In this document: positions 59,547 to 64,000 of the stretch, piece by piece | How the letters are laid out: each line of letters begins with the position of its first letter | Numbering within the stretch: position 1 is the stretch's first letter | Origin: a candidate division FCPU426 bacterium | GTDB taxonomy: Bacteria; Oederibacteriota; Muellerivitia; Muellerivitales; Muellerivitaceae | Direction: 5' to 3' | Length of the DNA stretch: 64,000 bases | NCBI GenBank assembly: GCA_963796105.1 | Contig: CAWCKJ010000004.1 | Location: forward strand, 32,001-96,000 | Notes under the pieces: generated by a model | Database searches by the model: none | Told to the model about the DNA's origin: nothing | What the model saw: the letters and a program-made list of their open reading frames with translations, nothing else | Translations under genes and position numbers: made by a program

Positions 59547-59999
59547 TTATTTTTTCTTTCCACCCGGAAGAGGAATGACAGCCGCAGCTTTCAGGGCTAG
59601 AAGATAGCTGTATTTCCCGAAACCTGTCACCTGCCCGACGGCTACGGGCGAGATATGTGAGGACTGGCGGAAACCCTCTCGGGCGTGGATATTGGAGAGA
59701 TGTATCTCGATGGAGGGGATTTCCACCGCCGAAAGGGCGTCCCGGATGGCCACCGACGTATGGGTGTAGGCGGCGGGATTGATCAGGATCACGTCGGCCC
59801 AATGCCGAGCGTTCTGGATGGTCTCCACAATCTCGCCCTCGTGGTTGGACTGCACGACGCGCAGTTCCAATTCCAGTTTCACGGCCTCGGCTAACATGTC
59901 CTTGTTAATTTCCTCCAGTGTGACGTTTCCGTAAACGTTGGGCTCCCTCTCCCCCAGGAGGTTTAGGTTTGGGCCGTGAATGACTAGCACTTTTCGCAT
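59547..59999 (-). CDS. aroQ: Type II 3-dehydroquinate dehydratase
   Basis: GPNLNLLGEREP..YG, QSNHEG, NPAAYTHTSVAIRDA, HLSNI..RE.FR. Confidence 0.97.
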   Translation of the reverse strand: MRKVLVIHGPNLNLLGEREPNVYGNVTLEEINKDMLAEAVKLELELRVVQSNHEGEIVETIQNARHWADVILINPAAYTHTSVAIRDALSAVEIPSIEIHLSNIHAREGFRQSSHISPVAVGQVTGFGKYSYLLALKAAAVIPLPGGKKK

Positions 60000-60142
60000 T
60001 GGATTTTCTCTCTATTCAAGGATAACTGGAACCTATGCTACCCAGAAAGATTCCGGCCCGACAAGGGAAAACATTGTTCTAGGCCGGGATTCCCACATTT
60101 TCCCCGTGGCTCTACCCATCGATAATATAATAACCCTGTTCC

Positions 60143-62275
60143 ATGGCCCTATTACCTCCCCCAAAAATAACGAGAAGCCTATTCATCCAGCCCATTTCAT
60201 CCATTTTTCCATCCAGCCGGAATGTCCTCCTGCCGGCCGTCTTCCTGATCCTGGTTCTTTCGAACACCCTCCTTTCATATTTTCATTTAACCTTGAACCT
60301 GTTTCTATGGATCCTGCTGATGGGTATCCTCCTGCCGTTCTTTTTTCTTTTGTTTTTCCCAAAGTCGCGCTCCCCCGAGGAAACCGAAGTCCTCTCCCCA
60401 GTTCCACCCTGGGCCTGGGCCCTGGTGGCCCTCTTCGCCGTCTTCCTTCGCTTTTACCGCCTGACTTCTCTCTCCTCCTGGCCCCTCTACGACGAGGGTA
60501 TGTTCGGCTACTACGCCACCCGTCTGGAAACCCATTGGGATTGGCGGCTGGTGCGGGGCTTTGCCGGGGAGCCCGCTCTTTACGCCTGGGGCCAATCCCT
60601 ATTTTTCAAACTGATACCCGACCGTCTAGAAGCCTTATGGCTTTTTCCAGCCGTTTGCTCCCTTCTCTGCGTGGCAACGGCGGCCTGGACCGCGAAAAAA
60701 ACCAGCTCTTCCCCCCTGCTTTTCTTCGTCTTCACCTGGATTTCCCTGGGTTTTTGGCCCCTTTATATCGGGCGCTTTTCAGCCCCCTACATCCTGATGA
60801 TCCTTTTTGAATGCATTGTCCTTTCTCTTTTATACGCCTTCCTTTCCGGGAAACCCCCTCGGGCTAAATTCCTTCTTATTCTTTCAATCTGCGCTGGTCT
60901 TGGTTTTTACACTTATCTCGCCTGGACACCCGTGGCTCTTCTCACATTACTAGTGCTCCTGACCACGCCAGGCCAAAGTTGGTCCAAAAGGCTTCAACTC
61001 TCCCTCTTTTTTCTGGCAGTCACCCTTCTCATCGCCTTTCCCTTCTTTTTAAATTTCTCAAAAAATTACAAGGGTTACTTGAATTATCTCTGGGCTGGCG
61101 GAACGCCACGTTCTTGGGTCTACTACGCCTCCTTCGTTTTCCAATACCTGCGCGATGTTTTTTGGGGGAAACCCGGCGGCTTGTTCCGTTACGGGCCTCA
61201 CTGGGGGGGGATATTGAATCCCTTGGCGTCGTCCTTGTTCATCCTGGGCCTCTCCGGTATTCTCGCGACCCGGAAGAAGCTCATCAGCCTCTGGCTTTGC
61301 GCGGGGTTGGTTCTTTTCCTCCTTCCTTCGTTTCTCACGAATAGTCTCCAGTTGATGCGCATCGCCTCGCTTCTTCCCTTGATGGTTCTGGTTTGCGCTT
61401 ATGGAACCAGGTCCCTGCTCTCAATGGTTTCCAAGCACCTCCGATGGGGGATCTTCCTGCTGGTGACGGCCGGCTCTGTGGGCTTGGACTCCTATCATTT
61501 ATTCTCGGCTTATCCTAAGGTTTGGGAAACCAACCCCGCCTTCTACAGCCAGCATAAATGCCTTGAATTCCAAAAGGCCTTTTCGCTCTTAAAACCCTTG
61601 GTCACAAGGGAAGGACCTGGATTGATACTCTTGAACTTTATCCCTGATCCCTACGACCAAACCCTTTTCGTGGCGACCTATTCCTTCAACGCGGCTTCGA
61701 ACCCGGTCTTGGATGCTTCCCGGGCCAGATGGGCGGCCCTTCTGACCAACATCCACGAGGAGCCCTACCTCAGCCGGGAATTTCCCGGCGGAAAGTGGGT
61801 TTGGCTGTCGGAGGGATTGAAACACATGGATGGGGGTTTTCTTTTGGAAACCATTCCCTTGACACCCAAAAACACTTCCCGGATTCAGGCTTGGGCGAAA
61901 GCCGACCATTCCCTGGGGGAAATGACTTATGAAGTGATGGAAACAGGGGTAAATCCAGACCAGAACTCGATGTTGGACCTTCTGAACCGCATTTATCCTT
62001 TATTCCGAGGGGACCCTTTCTTGGAATCCCGTTACTGGCGGATCAGGGCGGTTCATGCCGCGGCGGGACAAAAAATCGGGGAGGCGGAGGAGGATGAGTT
62101 CAAGGCGATTCACCTGGGCCTTCCCATGTCTCATCTTTACAACGAATTGGGTTGCCTTTTTTTCAAGGACGGGAAAAAAGAAAAAGCCAGGAGAGCTTTT
62201 GAGGCTGCCATGAGTTTGAAGCCCAATTGCACGGACGCTGTGGAAAATCTAAAAAACTTGGCCTTGATAAAATGA
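60143..62275 (+). CDS. ArnT/GT39-like membrane glycosyltransferase with TPR
   Basis: LRFYRL...YDEG, GLGFYTY, P.WGG.LNP; paralogue of 32126-34315. Confidence 0.78.
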   Translation: MALLPPPKITRSLFIQPISSIFPSSRNVLLPAVFLILVLSNTLLSYFHLTLNLFLWILLMGILLPFFFLLFFPKSRSPEETEVLSPVPPWAWALVALFAVFLRFYRLTSLSSWPLYDEGMFGYYATRLETHWDWRLVRGFAGEPALYAWGQSLFFKLIPDRLEALWLFPAVCSLLCVATAAWTAKKTSSSPLLFFVFTWISLGFWPLYIGRFSAPYILMILFECIVLSLLYAFLSGKPPRAKFLLILSICAGLGFYTYLAWTPVALLTLLVLLTTPGQSWSKRLQLSLFFLAVTLLIAFPFFLNFSKNYKGYLNYLWAGGTPRSWVYYASFVFQYLRDVFWGKPGGLFRYGPHWGGILNPLASSLFILGLSGILATRKKLISLWLCAGLVLFLLPSFLTNSLQLMRIASLLPLMVLVCAYGTRSLLSMVSKHLRWGIFLLVTAGSVGLDSYHLFSAYPKVWETNPAFYSQHKCLEFQKAFSLLKPLVTREGPGLILLNFIPDPYDQTLFVATYSFNAASNPVLDASRARWAALLTNIHEEPYLSREFPGGKWVWLSEGLKHMDGGFLLETIPLTPKNTSRIQAWAKADHSLGEMTYEVMETGVNPDQNSMLDLLNRIYPLFRGDPFLESRYWRIRAVHAAAGQKIGEAEEDEFKAIHLGLPMSHLYNELGCLFFKDGKKEKARRAFEAAMSLKPNCTDAVENLKNLALIK

Positions 62276-62314
62276 TGCCAGGAAATCCTAAGAAAGACTG
62301 CCCGGGAATTTAAT

Positions 62315-64000
62315 TCAGTTTCCCTCCACCGGCTGGGGCATTCCAGACGGGGAAGGTGCGGCAGGCTGGGGCTGGGCCGCTGGTTGAACTTTCGGGGCGG
62401 CGGGAGCCTGGGCCTTCGGCTGGGGCGCCGCTGGTTTAGCCTGGGAAACCGGCGTGGGAGTGGGAATCGGGCCGGTGGGCGGTGTTGTTGATAGCCGGCT
62501 TTCGGGCGCGTATTGATCCAGCCATTTCTTCATTCCGACATCCCCGTACTTGAAGGCTTTCCGATAGGCCGCAATGGCCTGTTCCTTGTTTTCCATAAGG
62601 AGGTAGCAGTCGCCTGCTAGGTGGTAGGCCTGGGCGTTTCTGGAATCAGCCCCGATGGCCAGCAGGAAACGATCCAGGGCATCCTTGTAGGATTTCTTCT
62701 CCAGGAAGGGTATTCCCTCATTGATCATGTCCTGCGCGTTGGCTTCCTTCATTCCGGTGACGATGAGTTCCACCCGGCGGTTCATAGCCCTTCCCTCGGG
62801 AGTATTGTTGGTGGCCACGGGTTTCGTGTCGCCGTAACCCACGACGCTCAGGCGTTTCGCGTCAACCCCATGTTGGACGAGGTAATCCCTCACAGCCTGG
62901 GCCCTGGCCTGTGAAAGGACCTGGTTATTGGCGAAACGGGCTCCCTGGGCCATAGCCACGTTGTCCGTGTGGCCCGCCACGAGGATTGTGCTCTCGGGGT
63001 ACTTTGTTTGGATAGCCCGAACTACATCCTGGATTTTCTCGTAACCGCGGGACATAAGCTCGTCTTTTCCGGAATCAAAAAGCAGGTCGCCGGAAACTTG
63101 GAAGCCGTATTGATATGGCACCTTTTTGGCGACCCAACGGGCCATTACGTTTTTGGGAGCTGAGGAGGCCTTATTTCCCTCATCATCAATGATGTCCAGC
63201 TTGACGGAATATTGGCCCCTAGGAACAAGTTCGCCTTCTTGGTCCATTCCGTCCCAAAGATTATGGGAAGGAGGGTAGCCGCTGCCGTTGTAAGTCCGAA
63301 CGACAATGCCGTTGGAATCCAGGATGGACATTTTCCACTTATCCAAGGGCTCCTCGCTTCGGGTCATCAGGTGGATGTCGGCCGCCTGTTTCCCGAGAAT
63401 AAATGCATCCGGCGGCTCCAAAGCGGCTTTGATCACGACAGGCTCCACCCCGATGATGAAATTAAGCGAGATCCGGTGGGTCGATCCCAGCACTCCGTAG
63501 GGTACGAAGGCGTAATCCAGCGCCGCCTCGACGTCGTCGAAACGCTGGGCGATTCCCACTCCGCTCGTCAGACCCGCCAAGGCACCCAGATCGCTGCCGG
63601 TGCGGTAACCCGCCCTCAGGGCCAGGTCATTCTTTCCAAAGGTCATTTTGTACTCCGCCCCACCGTTCAATTTCATCCCCGTATCAACGTATCCGTCGGT
63701 ATCGGCCGCCAAAATCAACCGCGTATTTTTCATGAGAAGGTTCTTGAAGCGGTAAGAGGCGCCGAGCACGTAATTCAAGGGTTGCGCGAAGTTTTGGGTC
63801 AGGGTGACCGGAGCGCTGGTAATGGTGGCGGGAAAGGTAGTCCCGATATTGGAGAAAGCCGCGCCGACATAGAATGTCTTCTTTATGACCTCAAATAGGC
63901 AGCCAGCGTCCAGGGCCGCGCCCATGCTTCCTTGGTTCACGAGATTCTGGCCCACCACGTCGACCTTGACGCCTAGCATGAGGCGCTGGAGGACCCCCCC
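62315..64000 (-). CDS. PorV/PorQ-like beta-barrel fused to FlgD-like Ig, OmpA and TPR domains (N-terminus outside window)
   Basis: ALRAGY..G.G...DYAFVPYG.LG.THRISL barrel end; WDG.D..G..VP.G.Y; GHTD..LSQARA..GYG...P...N.T.EGR..NRRVE. Confidence 0.85.
   Translation of the reverse strand, partial: GGVLQRLMLGVKVDVVGQNLVNQGSMGAALDAGCLFEVIKKTFYVGAAFSNIGTTFPATITSAPVTLTQNFAQPLNYVLGASYRFKNLLMKNTRLILAADTDGYVDTGMKLNGGAEYKMTFGKNDLALRAGYRTGSDLGALAGLTSGVGIAQRFDDVEAALDYAFVPYGVLGSTHRISLNFIIGVEPVVIKAALEPPDAFILGKQAADIHLMTRSEEPLDKWKMSILDSNGIVVRTYNGSGYPPSHNLWDGMDQEGELVPRGQYSVKLDIIDDEGNKASSAPKNVMARWVAKKVPYQYGFQVSGDLLFDSGKDELMSRGYEKIQDVVRAIQTKYPESTILVAGHTDNVAMAQGARFANNQVLSQARAQAVRDYLVQHGVDAKRLSVVGYGDTKPVATNNTPEGRAMNRRVELIVTGMKEANAQDMINEGIPFLEKKSYKDALDRFLLAIGADSRNAQAYHLAGDCYLLMENKEQAIAAYRKAFKYGDVGMKKWLDQYAPESRLSTTPPTGPIPTPTPVSQAKPAAPQPKAQAPAAPKVQPAAQPQPAAPSPSGMPQPVEGN

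Overview
Bacterial chromosomal window in two parts. About 1.8-19.5 kb is an accessory, mobile-element-rich region. It holds (i) an array of short, unrelated, co-oriented genes separated by five direct copies of a 28-bp near-perfect palindrome (consensus TGTCCACGACG-GGTCCC-CGTCGTGGACA), two of them split at the same base by apparently identical ORF-less group II introns; (ii) a plasmid/ICE leading-region-like module (radC, ardC, small ORFs) whose ardC is interrupted by a three-recombinase RIT element; (iii) a LexA-like repressor locus, an intact IS1380-family element and an orphan low-GC argB, ending at a 5' half of tRNA-Thr(CGT). About 19.7-64 kb is host backbone: ruvA, ruvC, yebC, tyrS, PBP1A, ddpX, mog, aroQ, polysaccharide-active proteins (GH9, PL14-like, CBM11-like), many GT-C-type membrane glycosyltransferases, a Thr/Pro-linker secreted protein and a PorV-like/OmpA fusion. 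This content resembles candidate phylum FCPU426-like organisms (inference only). The best candidate for an undescribed system is the integron-like cassette array built on a non-attC palindromic site, with its site-specific intron. No cognate recombinase could be assigned within the window.
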